64,000 nucleotides of DNA from an uncultured Gemmatimonadales bacterium (GTDB taxonomy: Bacteria; Gemmatimonadota; Gemmatimonadetes; Longimicrobiales; Gaopeijiaceae). The notes beneath the pieces are model-generated. The model searched no databases. It saw nothing but the letters and a program-made list of their open reading frames with translations, and was not told the origin of the DNA. Below, piece by piece: positions 9,988 through 20,030 of the stretch. Each line of letters opens with the position of its first letter. Position 1 is the stretch's first letter. The stretch covers positions 480,001 through 544,000 of the forward strand of contig CAWGKG010000012.1 in NCBI GenBank assembly GCA_963823035.1. The letters run 5' to 3'. Position numbers and translations under genes: made by a program.

Positions 9988-10402
9988 TCAGGTCCTGATG
10001 ATCTGAAGGTGGGAGTCCGTCAGGACGCTCTCGACGCAGAAGTTCACCACGTCGCCCGCCTTCAAGTTCAAGGGCATCGTGCGCACGCCGTCGGGCACCG
10101 CCCGCGTCGACCACACCGGCCCGTCCGGGAAGATCTTGATCTGGACCGCCCCCAGCTCGGTGATGCCCGCGGGCACCGTCAGGACCTTGAAGTCCGAGCG
10201 CTCGACCCGCCCGAGCGAGCGGACGCGACCGAACATGTCTTCGACGTATACGTGCACGACCGAGGTGTAGTTGTTGGTCACCCGGATCTCGAGCGCGTCT
10301 TTCGGCCGGACCGGGCGTCTCGGCCTTCACGGAGGCAGCGCCCAGCGCCAGAAGTGCGGTCGTCATGGCGACCCGCAGAGTTCCCGTCTTCATCGTCGTC
10401 AT
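9988..10402 (-). CDS. Secreted hypothetical protein, tandem paralog 2 (apparent 1-nt frameshift near 10300)
   Basis: MTTMKTGTLRVAM...AETPGPA then LEIRVTNN...LGRVERSDFKVL in the next frame; aligns with paralog 1. Confidence 0.72.
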
Positions 10403-10481
10403 CCTCGTCAGGTGGATTCCCATCGTCCGCGGACGGCACCCACCGCGTCGCCGACCGCAGTGCATCCCCCACTCATCCCGC

Positions 10482-10509
10482 TAGACGGGAATACCGGAGA
10501 TCCGGTTTC
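10482..10509 (-). promoter_or_regulatory. ECF-type promoter GAAACC-N16-CGTCTA for paralog 2
   Basis: Minus strand reads GAAACC GGATCTCCGGTATTCC CGTCTA. Confidence 0.65.
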
Positions 10510-10566
10510 CGGAGGTCAAACCCACGTGGGCCGAGCGCGGGTCGACAGGCCGGTCGCAGCGACATG

Positions 10567-10600
10567 AAAAAGGGGCCCGACCGTTTTCGGTCGAGCCCCC
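10567..10600 (-). terminator. Rho-independent terminator downstream of the bacilliredoxin gene
   Basis: Minus-strand hairpin GGGGCTCGACCG-AAAA-CGGTCGGGCCCC followed by TTTTT. Confidence 0.8.
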
Positions 10601-10664
10601 CGGTCCGTGCCGACCGGTCGGGGCGGGCGGCGTGTCGCCCGCGTGCGCCGTTCCCCTCAGGTGC

Positions 10665-11081
10665 TCAGCAATGCTCCGCGTAGGCGGCGCGCAGGTCGTC
10701 GGCGATATCCTCGGGGTGACGCCCCTCGATCTGGTGGCGCTCCATGAAGTAGACCAGCTCTCCGTCCTTGAAGAGCGCGACGGAGGGTGAAGAGGGCGGG
10801 TAGCCGACGATGTAGTCGCGGGCCCTGTCCGTGGCGTCCATGTCCTGGCCGGCGAACACCGTGGTGAGCACCTCGGGCTTGTGGTCGCCGTGGAGGGAGA
10901 GGTACACCGCGGGGCGCATCATCCCTGCCGCGCAGCCACACACGGAGTTGACCGCGACCAGCACCGTACGCTTCTCCCGACCCAGGACCTCATCCACGTC
11001 CTGGGGCGAGCGCAACTCCTTGAATCCCACCTTGACGAGATCCTCGCGCATCGGCGCGACCATGAATTCCGGATAGGGCAT
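10665..11081 (-). CDS. BrxA/BrxB (YphP/YqiW) family bacilliredoxin
   Basis: MPYPEFMVAPMREDL, NSVCGCAAG (CGC motif), TVFAGQD, PPSSPSVALFKDG, ERHQIEG. Confidence 0.93.
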   Translation of the reverse strand: MPYPEFMVAPMREDLVKVGFKELRSPQDVDEVLGREKRTVLVAVNSVCGCAAGMMRPAVYLSLHGDHKPEVLTTVFAGQDMDATDRARDYIVGYPPSSPSVALFKDGELVYFMERHQIEGRHPEDIADDLRAAYAEHC

Positions 11082-11227
11082 CTTGCTCACTTCTCCTGTG
11101 CGTCCCGACGGGCACGTCGGCCCGCCGCCTGGTCCATCGGGTCGGGCCAATACCCCCACCGCGCGGCGCGGGTTCATCCCGTGGGGTCCGTTGCTGCGCG
11201 GCCCACGCCATGCAAACTTCCGGGTTC

Positions 11228-11725
11228 ATGCCTTCCGCCAACGAGATCGTTCGCCTGCGCGTCAACGGCGACCTGCACGAGGTCGGCGTCCCGGCGCACT
11301 ACACGCTGCTCGAGACCCTGCGATACGTGCTCGGGCTCACCGGGTCGAAGCAGGGTTGCGACAAGGGGGACTGCGGCGCGTGCACGGTGATCGTGGACGG
11401 CTGCCCCACCCTCTCGTGCATCACCCCCGTGTTCGAGGCCGAGGGGCACGAAGTCGTCACGGTGGAGGGCCTCGCGACCGCCCGCGGTCCGCACCCGCTC
11501 CAGGACGAGTTCGACCTCAACGGCGCGGCCCAGTGTGGCTTCTGCACGCCGGGCATCCTCTGCTCCGCCGCCGCGCTCCTGGAGCGTACGCCGTCGCCCT
11601 CCCGGCAGGAGATCCGTGAGGCGCTCTCGGGCAACCTCTGCCGGTGCACCGGATACACGAAGATCTACGACGCGGTCGAGGCCGCCGCGGCGCGCCTTCG
11701 GGCGTCGGGGGAGGTGGCCCGATGA
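11228..11725 (+). CDS. 2x[2Fe-2S] small subunit of a xanthine oxidase family enzyme (HcrC/CoxS-like)
   Basis: GCDKGDCGACTV, QCGFCTPG, GNLCRCTGY. Confidence 0.93.
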   Translation: MPSANEIVRLRVNGDLHEVGVPAHYTLLETLRYVLGLTGSKQGCDKGDCGACTVIVDGCPTLSCITPVFEAEGHEVVTVEGLATARGPHPLQDEFDLNGAAQCGFCTPGILCSAAALLERTPSPSRQEIREALSGNLCRCTGYTKIYDAVEAAAARLRASGEVAR

Positions 11726-14171
11726 TCCGCGATGCACGTAAGGCCAAGTCTGACTTGCACTTGATCGGGAAGTCCCAGCGAAAGATCGAGGGTCTCGACA
11801 AGTCCACCGGCCGGGCCCGTTACGCCGACGACATCACCCTTCCCGGGATGCTGCACGGGAAGATCCTGCGTAGCCCGCACCCGCACGCGCGCATCGTCTC
11901 GATCGACACCTCCGCGGCCGAGCGCTCGAGGGGGTGCACGGCGTGGTCACCGGGCGCGACATGCCGACCACGTTCGGGATCATCCCCTGGACGCCGGACG
12001 AGTACCCCCTGGCAGTGGACCGCGTCCGCTACATCGGCGACGCGGTGGCCGCCGTGGCGGCCGTGGACGAGGACACGGCACTCGCGGCGCTCGACCTGGT
12101 GCGCGTGCAGTACGAGGAGCTTCCCGCCTTCCTCGATCCCTTCGCGGCGCTCGACGCCGACGGAGACGCCGCCTCGCCCTACATCCACGAGCCCACGAAG
12201 GAAGGCCGGAACGGCAACATCACGAAGAGGGTGCACCTCGAGTTCGGCGAGGTGGACGCGCTCATGGACGCCGCGGAGGTCGTCGTCGAGGGTGAGTACT
12301 TCTTCGAGGGCACGACGCATGCGCCCATCGAGCCCCACTGCGCCATCGGGCTTTGGGAGTCGGACGGACGGGATCCCGGGAAGGGAAGCGTCGACGAGGG
12401 CGGCGTGACGGGGAAGCTCACGGTCTGGTCGGCCACACAGGTGCCGCACTACCTGCACAGGGAGCTGGCGCGCGTGCTGGAGGTGGACCCCGCGCGGGTC
12501 AGGGTCCTTCAGCCGCTCGTGGGCGGCGCCTTCGGCGGGAAGAGCGAGCCGTTCGACCTGGAGTTCTGCGTGGCCAAGCTGGCCATGAGGACCGGCCGAC
12601 CGGTGAAGATCCTGTACACCCGCGAAGAGGTGTTCTACGCGCACCGGGGCCGGCACCCCTTCCACATGAAGTACCGCACCGGGTGCAGCCGGGAGGGGAA
12701 GCTCCGGAGCGTGGACGCGAAGATCGTGCTGGACGGGGGCGCCTACGCTTCCTTCGGCCTCGTGACCACGTACTACTCGGGGCAGCTCCTGTGCGCGCCG
12801 TACGCGATGCCGGCGTACCGCTTCGACGCGACGCGCGTATACACGAACAAGCCGGCATGCGGGCCGAAGCGGGGTCACGGCTCCGTGCAGCCGCGCTTCG
12901 CCTTCGAGGTGCAGATGGACAAGCTGGCGGAGAAGGTCGGGATGGACCCGATCGAGTTCCGCCGCCTGAACTTCATCGGCGAGAACACGCGTACGGTCAA
13001 CGAGCTGCGCATCACGTCCAACGGCTTCCTCGAGTGCCTGGCGTCGGTGGAGCGCGCCAGCGGGTGGAAGGCGAAGCACCGCAGGCTGCCGTTCGGGCGC
13101 GGCGTGGGCGTGGCGGGCTCCACGTACATCTCGGGAACGAACTATCCGATCTACCCGAACGAGATGCCGCAGTCGGCCGTGCAGATGCAGATCGACCGGT
13201 CGGGGCGGGTGGCGGTGTTCAGCGGGGCGAGCGAGATCGGCCAGGGGTGCGACACGCTCGTAGCGCAGATCGCCGCGGAAGAGCTCGGGGTGCCGATCGA
13301 GCACGTGCGTGTCCTTCGGGGCGACACCGACTTCACTCCCGTCGACCTCGGCGCCTATTCGAGCCGTGTGACGTTCATGCTCGGCAACGCCGCGATCGAT
13401 GCGGCGCACAAGCTGCGCGATCAGGTCCGCGAGGCCGTCGCCGAGAAGTGGGAGGTGCGCGCTTCGGAGGTTCTGCTCGCCGGGGGCCGCGCGCTGTGGG
13501 CGCCCGACACCGAACGCCAGCTGCCGATCCGGGAAGCGTTCCACCTCGCCGAGGCCCGGTTCGGGACGCTCGGCGCCACCGGCTGGTACGACACCCCCAA
13601 GGACGTGCACGGAGCCTACCGCGGCGGCACGATCGGCGCGTCGCCCGCCTACTCCTTCACCGCGCACGTGGCGGAGGTCGAGGTGCACGCCGAGACCGGT
13701 ATCGTGGACGTGAAGAAGATCTGGGTGGCGCACGACTGCGGCCGCGCGCTCAACCCCGTGCTCGTCGAGGGCCAGATGGAAGGCTCGGCCTACATGGGCT
13801 TCGCCGAGGCGCTGATGGAGGAGCACGTCTTCAAGGACGGAGAGCACGGCCGTGCCGGGCTGCACAACGCACCCTCGCTCCTCGACTACAAGATCCCGAC
13901 GAGCCTGGACACGCCCGAGCTCGAGTCGTTCATCGTGGAGTCGATCGATCCGGAGGGGCCCTACGGTGCGAAGGAAGCCGGTGAGGGCCCCCTGCATCCT
14001 TCGATCCCCGCGATCGCCAACGCCATCTACGACGCGGTGGGCGTGCGCCTCGACCGGCTCCCCTTCTCCCCGCCGGCGGTGTGGCGGGCGCTTCGCGCCG
14101 CCGAGGCCGAGCACGCGCTCCGCAAGCCGCCCGCGCCCTCGTCACCACGACAACCCGTGAGCGCGGACTGA
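11722..14171 (+). CDS. Molybdopterin-binding large subunit, 4-hydroxybenzoyl-CoA reductase alpha-like (apparent frameshift near 11922)
   Basis: LRSPHPHARI, TQVPHY, GGAFGGK, RGHG, EIGQG, YSSRVTFM.GNA, GPYGAKEAGEG; closely resembles HcrA as I recall it. Confidence 0.88.
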
Positions 14172-14176
14172 GAACG

Positions 14177-15139
14177 ATGTCACGAAAGCCGATCCTCATC
14201 GCCCTGCTGGGGCTCCTGATCGCGGGAGGGGCGTATCTCCTGCGCTCCGACGACTTCACGGCGGGCTTCCGCGACGACCACGGCGGCGCCGCCGTGGTCG
14301 ACGGGTCGGCGCCCACGTGGGAAGACGCGGATTGGGACATCTTCTCGGGCAAGGTGCGCTGGGCGCTCGACCACGGGTTGGATACGCTCGCCCTCGGCGA
14401 CGCCGTGGCGGCGATCGGCCGCACGTTCGTCGGCACGCCCTACGTGCCCCACACGCTCGAAGCGGACGGTCCGGAGCACCTCGTGATCGACTTTCGCGGA
14501 CTCGACTGCGTGACCTTCGTCGAGACCGCGCTCACCACGGCCCGCTTCGTGCGCGACCCCCGGGCCGCGACGCTCCTCGATGAGCGCGGCCGCGCCGAGG
14601 AGCGCTACGAAGCGCTCCTGCGGCAGCTCCGGTACCGGGGCGGGGAGCTGGCGGGCTACTCCAGCCGACTTCACTACTTCACCGACTGGATCGCGGATGC
14701 CGAGTCGAAGGGGCTTCTCCACGACGTGACGAGGGAGCTGGGCGGCGCGCGTGACACCGAGCCGGTGGACTTCATGAGCACGCACGTGGACGCCTACCGG
14801 CAGCTCGCCGGGGATGCGGGTGCCGTGGCGGCGATCCGCCGTGCCGAGGAACGCCTATCGGCGGCCGGACGCTGGTACGTGCCGGAGGATCGCATCGCGG
14901 ACGTCGCCGGCGACATCCACGACGGCGACGTCATCGCCGCGACCAGCACGGTGCCGGGCCTCGACGTCGCGCACACCGGCCTCGCGCTCCACGTCGACGG
15001 TGCGCTGCACCTCATGCACGCGCCCCTGGTCGGGGACTCCGTCCAGATCAGCGAGGAGCCGCTCGCAGCGCGTATTCTGCGTATCACCGGACAGGACGGG
15101 ATCATCGTGGCGCGCCCGCTCGATGGAGGAGGCCGATGA
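14177..15139 (+). CDS. DUF1460 N-acetylmuramoyl-L-alanine amidase-like protein (NlpC/P60 superfamily) with N-terminal anchor
   Basis: GTPYVPHTLE, GLDCVTFVE (Cys), RLHYFTDW, GLDVAHTG (His), MHA. Confidence 0.88.
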   Translation: MSRKPILIALLGLLIAGGAYLLRSDDFTAGFRDDHGGAAVVDGSAPTWEDADWDIFSGKVRWALDHGLDTLALGDAVAAIGRTFVGTPYVPHTLEADGPEHLVIDFRGLDCVTFVETALTTARFVRDPRAATLLDERGRAEERYEALLRQLRYRGGELAGYSSRLHYFTDWIADAESKGLLHDVTRELGGARDTEPVDFMSTHVDAYRQLAGDAGAVAAIRRAEERLSAAGRWYVPEDRIADVAGDIHDGDVIAATSTVPGLDVAHTGLALHVDGALHLMHAPLVGDSVQISEEPLAARILRITGQDGIIVARPLDGGGR

Positions 15140-15186
15140 CGGCGCGGTCGCGGGCGACCCCACGACGGATGCGGGCACACGTGCCC

Positions 15187-16170
15187 ATGCTGAGGCTGCC
15201 ACCCTACCGCTACCACCGCCCCGCCACGGTCGACCAGGCGGTCGCCCTCCTGGGCGAGCACGCCGGCGACGTCATGCCGGTGGCGGGCGGGACGGACCTC
15301 GTTCCCAACATGAAGCACCGCCTGTTCGAGCCGGGCCACCTGGTGGCGCTGAAGGGCCTGGCGGAGCTGAAGGGCATCCGCGAGGAGGACGGTTGGCTGC
15401 GCATCGGCGCGGCGGAGACGCTCGCGACCGTCGCCGCCGACCCCACGGTCCGGCGCCTCTTCCCCACCCTGGCCGAGGCCGCGGGGAACGTGGCGGGCCC
15501 GCAGCTGCGCAACATGGGCACGCTGGGCGGCAACCTCTGCCTGGACACCCGCTGCACGTACTACAACCAGACGGCGTTCTGGCGGGGCGCGCTCGGCTAT
15601 TGCCTGAAGAAGGACGGCACCGTGTGCCACGTCACGCACGTCGGCAAGAAGTGCGTCGCGGCCCACTCGGCGGACACGCCGCCGGTGCTCATGGTCCTGG
15701 ACGCCGTGGCGGACGTGGTCGGCCCGGACGGCGCCCGCGAGATCGCGGTGCGCGACTTCTTCGTTGCCGACGGGATCGCGAACACACGGCGGGAGCCGGG
15801 CGAGATCGTGACGGCGCTGCGCGTCCCCCTCGCCTCCGCGGCGCGCCGAGGCGGCTACGCCAAGCTCCGGCAGCGGCAGTCGATCGACTTCCCGCTCCTG
15901 ACCGTGGCCGTGGCCGCCGAGCTGGACGGCGACGGCGTCGTGCGCTCGGTCGAAGGGGTCGTCACGGCGCTCGGGTCGAGGCCGAAGGAGTTGACCGGTT
16001 GGTCCGAGCTGGCCGGGGGCCGCCGGCTCGACGACACGCTGATCTCGGAGCTGGCCGAGCGGGCGCACAAGCAGTGCCACCCGCTGGAGAACATCACGCT
16101 GGATCCGGAGTGGCGCCGGGCGATGGTTCCGGTCTACGTGCGCCGAGCCCTGGAGCGCCTGACGGCATGA
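15187..16170 (+). CDS. FAD-binding subunit with [4Fe-4S] insertion, 4-hydroxybenzoyl-CoA reductase beta-like
   Basis: AGGTDL, RNMGTLGGNL and a C-x15-C-x7-C-x8-C insertion; KLRQRQSIDFP. Confidence 0.88.
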   Translation: MLRLPPYRYHRPATVDQAVALLGEHAGDVMPVAGGTDLVPNMKHRLFEPGHLVALKGLAELKGIREEDGWLRIGAAETLATVAADPTVRRLFPTLAEAAGNVAGPQLRNMGTLGGNLCLDTRCTYYNQTAFWRGALGYCLKKDGTVCHVTHVGKKCVAAHSADTPPVLMVLDAVADVVGPDGAREIAVRDFFVADGIANTRREPGEIVTALRVPLASAARRGGYAKLRQRQSIDFPLLTVAVAAELDGDGVVRSVEGVVTALGSRPKELTGWSELAGGRRLDDTLISELAERAHKQCHPLENITLDPEWRRAMVPVYVRRALERLTA

Positions 16171-16247
16171 CGGGACACAACACCATCCTCGGGAGCCCTG
16201 AGACGCACCGCCTGCTGATGGAGTTCCTGGCCGAGGCTTGAGCCCGC

Positions 16248-17487
16248 TCAGCTACCCGCGCGCTCCATCGCGAGGTCGACCGCGGCGGCCATGACGCCGG
16301 CGCGCCGCTCCCCGACGCGGTCCACGACCGCGTCGACCCCTTCGTCCACGGTCGCGCCCGACGTCCTCGAAGATGCGCGCCGCGCTCTGCGGCTCGGATC
16401 CCGCCATGAGGTTGAAGAAGGCGCGCGCCATCCCGAGGCTCGCGACGACCTCGGGCAGGACTTCGAATTCGGCATCGGCGGCCTGCGCGGTGTCGGTGTC
16501 GCCCAGGCGCACCTCCCGGATCGGCTGGTTCGCGCCGCAGATGATGCGCCTGGTGCCGTGCCGGGCGAGCTGCGCGAGCCGGCGCGAGTCCACGGAGCCG
16601 GAGATGGCGGCGGGCACGAAGAGGTCGGCCTCGCCATGATAGGCCAGCTCCCGCTCCTCCCCTGAGATCCTGTGTGGGTGATCCGGAAGGGTACGCCCGG
16701 TGCGGCGCCGCAGGAGGTCCTCCACGTCGGCCGCGTCCAGACCCTCGGGACTCGCCAGGCCGTGCAGGGCGTCGACGATGCCGGTGACGCGAGCGCCCAT
16801 GCGCGCAAAGTAGAGCGCCGCCGCCGCGCCTACGTTGCCGAACCCCTCCACCACCACGCGTACGCCCTCGAGGCACTCACCCCGTCGCTCGTAGAGGCGC
16901 GCCGCGGCGCGCGCCACCCCGTACCCCGTCACCAGGTCGGAGACCGACAGGTCGACTCCCTCGACCGCGTGCTCCGGGCCGGCGGGCTGATGGAGCCCGT
17001 CACGAAGGAAGCCGACCGCCCGCTCGACCGCCTCGCCGTCGAGGCCGAGGTGGCCCCGCAAGATCCCCTCCTGGGGATGGACGATGCCGAGCTCGGCGCA
17101 CAGGGGCACGACGTCGCGCTGCTCGTCGACATTGACGTCGCCACCGGTGCCGTAGCGCGAGAGGAGGAAGGGGCGGATCGCGCCGTACCACCGCCGCAGG
17201 ACGTCCTCGCGCCGCGGGTCCGCGGGATCGAAGTCGATCCCCGACTTCCCGCCTCCGATGGGCGGTCCGGAGAAGGCGAACTTGAGCTGCATGGCCTTCG
17301 CCAGATACGTGACCTCTTCGCGCGTCACCCCCCGGCGCATGCGCGTGCCGCCCCCGGCGGCGCCTCCGTGCAGCGAGTTGATCACCAACCACCCCTGCGC
17401 CTCCGTCTCGGGGTCGTGCCACTCGAACACCTGGGTCGGCGGAGCCTGCAGATAGGCGCCGTAACGCGCCCAGATGTTGCCGCTCAT
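16248..17487 (-). CDS. Glu/Leu/Phe/Val dehydrogenase family protein (apparent frameshift near 16350)
   Basis: GGGTRMR, MQLKF, GGGKSG, VTGYGV, EGFGNVG, GANQP. Confidence 0.85.
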
Positions 17488-17515
17488 TTCGGAATGCGGG
17501 GGAGGAGGGAGTGGG

Positions 17516-19003
17516 TCAAGACAGCAGGAAGATGGAGATGAGGAAGTCCGAGACCAACGTGATCGTCACGATGGCCGTCAGGTTCAGGAGGAAGCCCGCG
17601 CGGCTCATCTGCGGAATCGTCAGATACCCGGAGCTGAAGACGATGGCGTTCGGCGGGGTGGCGACGGGGAGCATGAAGGCCATGGAGGCCGCGAGCGCCG
17701 CCGTCGTCATGAGCAGGAGCGGCTCCATGCCGAGCCCGGCCGCGGCGCCGGCCATCACCGGCATGGCCATGCTGGTGGTGGCCACGTTGGAGGTGAGTTC
17801 CGTGAGGAAGACGATCAGGGTGGCGACCGCCGCCACCACCACCCAGCCGGGAACCGAGCTGAGGGCCGCCACCACGCCACCGATCCACGCGGCCAGCCCG
17901 GATTGCTCCATGGCCACGGCCAGGGAGAGGCCGCCGCCGAAGAGCACGAGCACGCCCCACGGGATCCGCCGCGCCGTCTTCCAGTCCAGACAGAACTCCC
18001 CACGGCGGAGCTCGCCCGCTGGGAGGAGGAAGAGCACGACCGCAGCGGCCATCGCGATCGTCGAGTCGCGCAGGTTGGGCATGAGCGTCTGCAGCCCGGG
18101 GATGGTCACGCCACCGATCGTCTTCTCCGCCCGGAGCACCCACGCCAGCGCCGTCAGGGCGAAGACCAGGCCGGTGAGCTTCTCGCCGCGGGAGGGCGAC
18201 CCCAGCGCGTCGCGCTCCGTCTGGATGATGGCCGCCGCGTCGCCGTGCAGGTCCCCCGGCGGGTGGAGTACCCGCGTCAGCAGGAGCCACGCGGCCGGGA
18301 TCATCACCATGCTCACTGGGACGCCCACGCCCATCCACTGGACGAAGCCGATCTCGCGGCCCAGCAGCTCGCTGGCGGCGGCGGCGAGCACGGCGTTGGG
18401 TGGCGTGCCGATGAGGGTGGCCACCCCGCCCAGGGACGCGGCGTACGCCACGCCGAGCATGAGCGCGACCCCGAAGTTGTACACTCCTTCCTCGGCGTCC
18501 TGCGGGCGCAGCATCTCACCGACGGCCAGCGCGATCGGCAACATCATCGCGGCCGTCGCCGTGTTGCTGATCCACATGGAGAGGAACGCCGTCGCGAGCA
18601 TGAAGCCGAGCACGAGACGGTTGGGGCCGGTGCCGACCCACGCCATGATCCTGAGTGCGATGCGCTTGTGCAGCCCCCACTTCTCCATCGTGACGGCGAG
18701 GAGGAAGCCGCCCATGAAGAGGAAGATCAGCTCGCTGGCGTACGGAGCCGACGCGGCCGCGGCGCTCAGCACGCCGAGAGTGGGGAAGAGCGCGAGGGGG
18801 AGGAGGGCCGTCGCGGGGATCGGGAGCGCCTCGGTCATCCACCAGACGGCCATCAGGACCGCCACGGCCGCGGTGCGCCACCCCTCGAGCCCGAGGCCGG
18901 CCGGCGCGGGCGTCGCAAGCATGACGAGGAAGACGATTCCGCCGGCGAAGAGCCCGATCCTCTGGGCGGGCCGATAGGTGTGCTCCCGACTGCCGTCGTC
19001 CAA
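17516..19003 (-). CDS. SLC13/DASS family sodium:dicarboxylate/sulfate symporter
   Basis: WWMTEALP, LHKRIAL, SMWISNTAT, GTPPN, TELTSN, PVATPPNAI; start uncertain (TTG at 19003 has a GGAG RBS). Confidence 0.93.
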   Translation of the reverse strand: MDDGSREHTYRPAQRIGLFAGGIVFLVMLATPAPAGLGLEGWRTAAVAVLMAVWWMTEALPIPATALLPLALFPTLGVLSAAAASAPYASELIFLFMGGFLLAVTMEKWGLHKRIALRIMAWVGTGPNRLVLGFMLATAFLSMWISNTATAAMMLPIALAVGEMLRPQDAEEGVYNFGVALMLGVAYAASLGGVATLIGTPPNAVLAAAASELLGREIGFVQWMGVGVPVSMVMIPAAWLLLTRVLHPPGDLHGDAAAIIQTERDALGSPSRGEKLTGLVFALTALAWVLRAEKTIGGVTIPGLQTLMPNLRDSTIAMAAAVVLFLLPAGELRRGEFCLDWKTARRIPWGVLVLFGGGLSLAVAMEQSGLAAWIGGVVAALSSVPGWVVVAAVATLIVFLTELTSNVATTSMAMPVMAGAAAGLGMEPLLLMTTAALAASMAFMLPVATPPNAIVFSSGYLTIPQMSRAGFLLNLTAIVTITLVSDFLISIFLLS

Positions 19004-19141
19004 GGGCGACTCCGCGACCGTGGAGGAGCCCCGCCCGAACGCGGGGCCGCGCGGCAGTGTGCGTGAAGAAAGCCCGTCCGGCAACCGTAGTTACGCTGAT
19101 GGCACGCAGCCGTCGTGGAGCAGGAGAACAGGGAGACTTCC

Positions 19142-19663
19142 ATGGACCTGCGCGGGCGGCCCGTCTACAAGGAATCGACCCCCTGGCCCGGATGGATCCT
19201 GATCGTCTTCTGGGGGACGATCGCGCTCTCGATGGCGATCGTGGCGTCCGCCGGCGGCGTGGAGCGTGCGGGTCGAATCCTCGGTGCCCTGATCGTGGGC
19301 GGCGTGGCCGTCGCGGTCCAATGGCTCGTCGCGGGGCTCTCGGTCCGCCTCTACCGCGACGCGATGGTGGTCGGGATCGGCTCGTCGGGTCTGATCTCGA
19401 AGGGCATCGCCTACGGGGACATCGAGGATACCGAGTCCGTCCACTACCATCCGTTGCGCGACTTCGGCGGATGGGGAATCCGGGTCGGAAGGGACGGTCG
19501 GCGCGCGTGGACCGCGCGTGGCGACCAGGCCGTGGTGCTCCACCTGCGCGGAGGTACCCGGCTCTACGTGGGCAGCGAGCGTCCGCATCGCCTCGAGGAG
19601 CGGATCCGTGCCGTAGCCGGCACCCGCATCGGCGGGAAGGGCGGGGGTGAAGCCGGCGGCTGA
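19142..19663 (+). CDS. Hypothetical membrane protein (2 TM plus PH-like domain, FGGWGIR motif)
   Basis: GGAG RBS before ATG; two hydrophobic helices; YHPLRDFGGWGIR, LYVGSERP. Confidence 0.7.
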   Translation: MDLRGRPVYKESTPWPGWILIVFWGTIALSMAIVASAGGVERAGRILGALIVGGVAVAVQWLVAGLSVRLYRDAMVVGIGSSGLISKGIAYGDIEDTESVHYHPLRDFGGWGIRVGRDGRRAWTARGDQAVVLHLRGGTRLYVGSERPHRLEERIRAVAGTRIGGKGGGEAGG

Positions 19664-19799
19664 CCGCGCGCGCGATTCCCTCGAACCCCGGTGAGCGTCG
19701 AGGGTATGCGGGCGCCATGAGCCGGCCCGAGCAAGACCCTGTTCGCAAGACGCCCTCCGTCTCGGACGCGATCGTTCGCGAGTTGCACGAGGAAGGATC

Positions 19800-20009
19800 A
19801 TGACGTCCCACGTTCCCGTCGGCGCCCACGCTCCGGACTTCTCGCTGAGCCCGGCGCCCGGCGCGCCGCCCGTGACGCTCTCCGAGCTACGCGGACGGCC
19901 CGTGGTGCTGCTCTTCTTCCCTCTCGCCTTCTCGCGCGTATGCACCGAGGAGATGTGCGAGGTCCTCCCGCCCTTCGACGAGATCCGTTCGGTGGTGACG
20001 AACCTCTGA
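19800..20009 (+). pseudogene. Internally deleted peroxiredoxin (AhpE/redoxin-like) fragment
   Basis: VGAHAPDFSL...VLLFFPLAFSRVCTEEMC is joined directly to a typical C-terminal helix LPPFDEIR; only 69 aa. Confidence 0.6.
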
Positions 20010-20030
20010 CCAGCGCGGGGTCGCGCGCGA

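Noticed and set aside
11188..11215. GG-N10-GC sigma-54-like patterns on both strands between brx and the Mo-enzyme genes
   Set aside because: They lack the TGGCAC/TTGC context, and such matches arise often by chance at this GC content.
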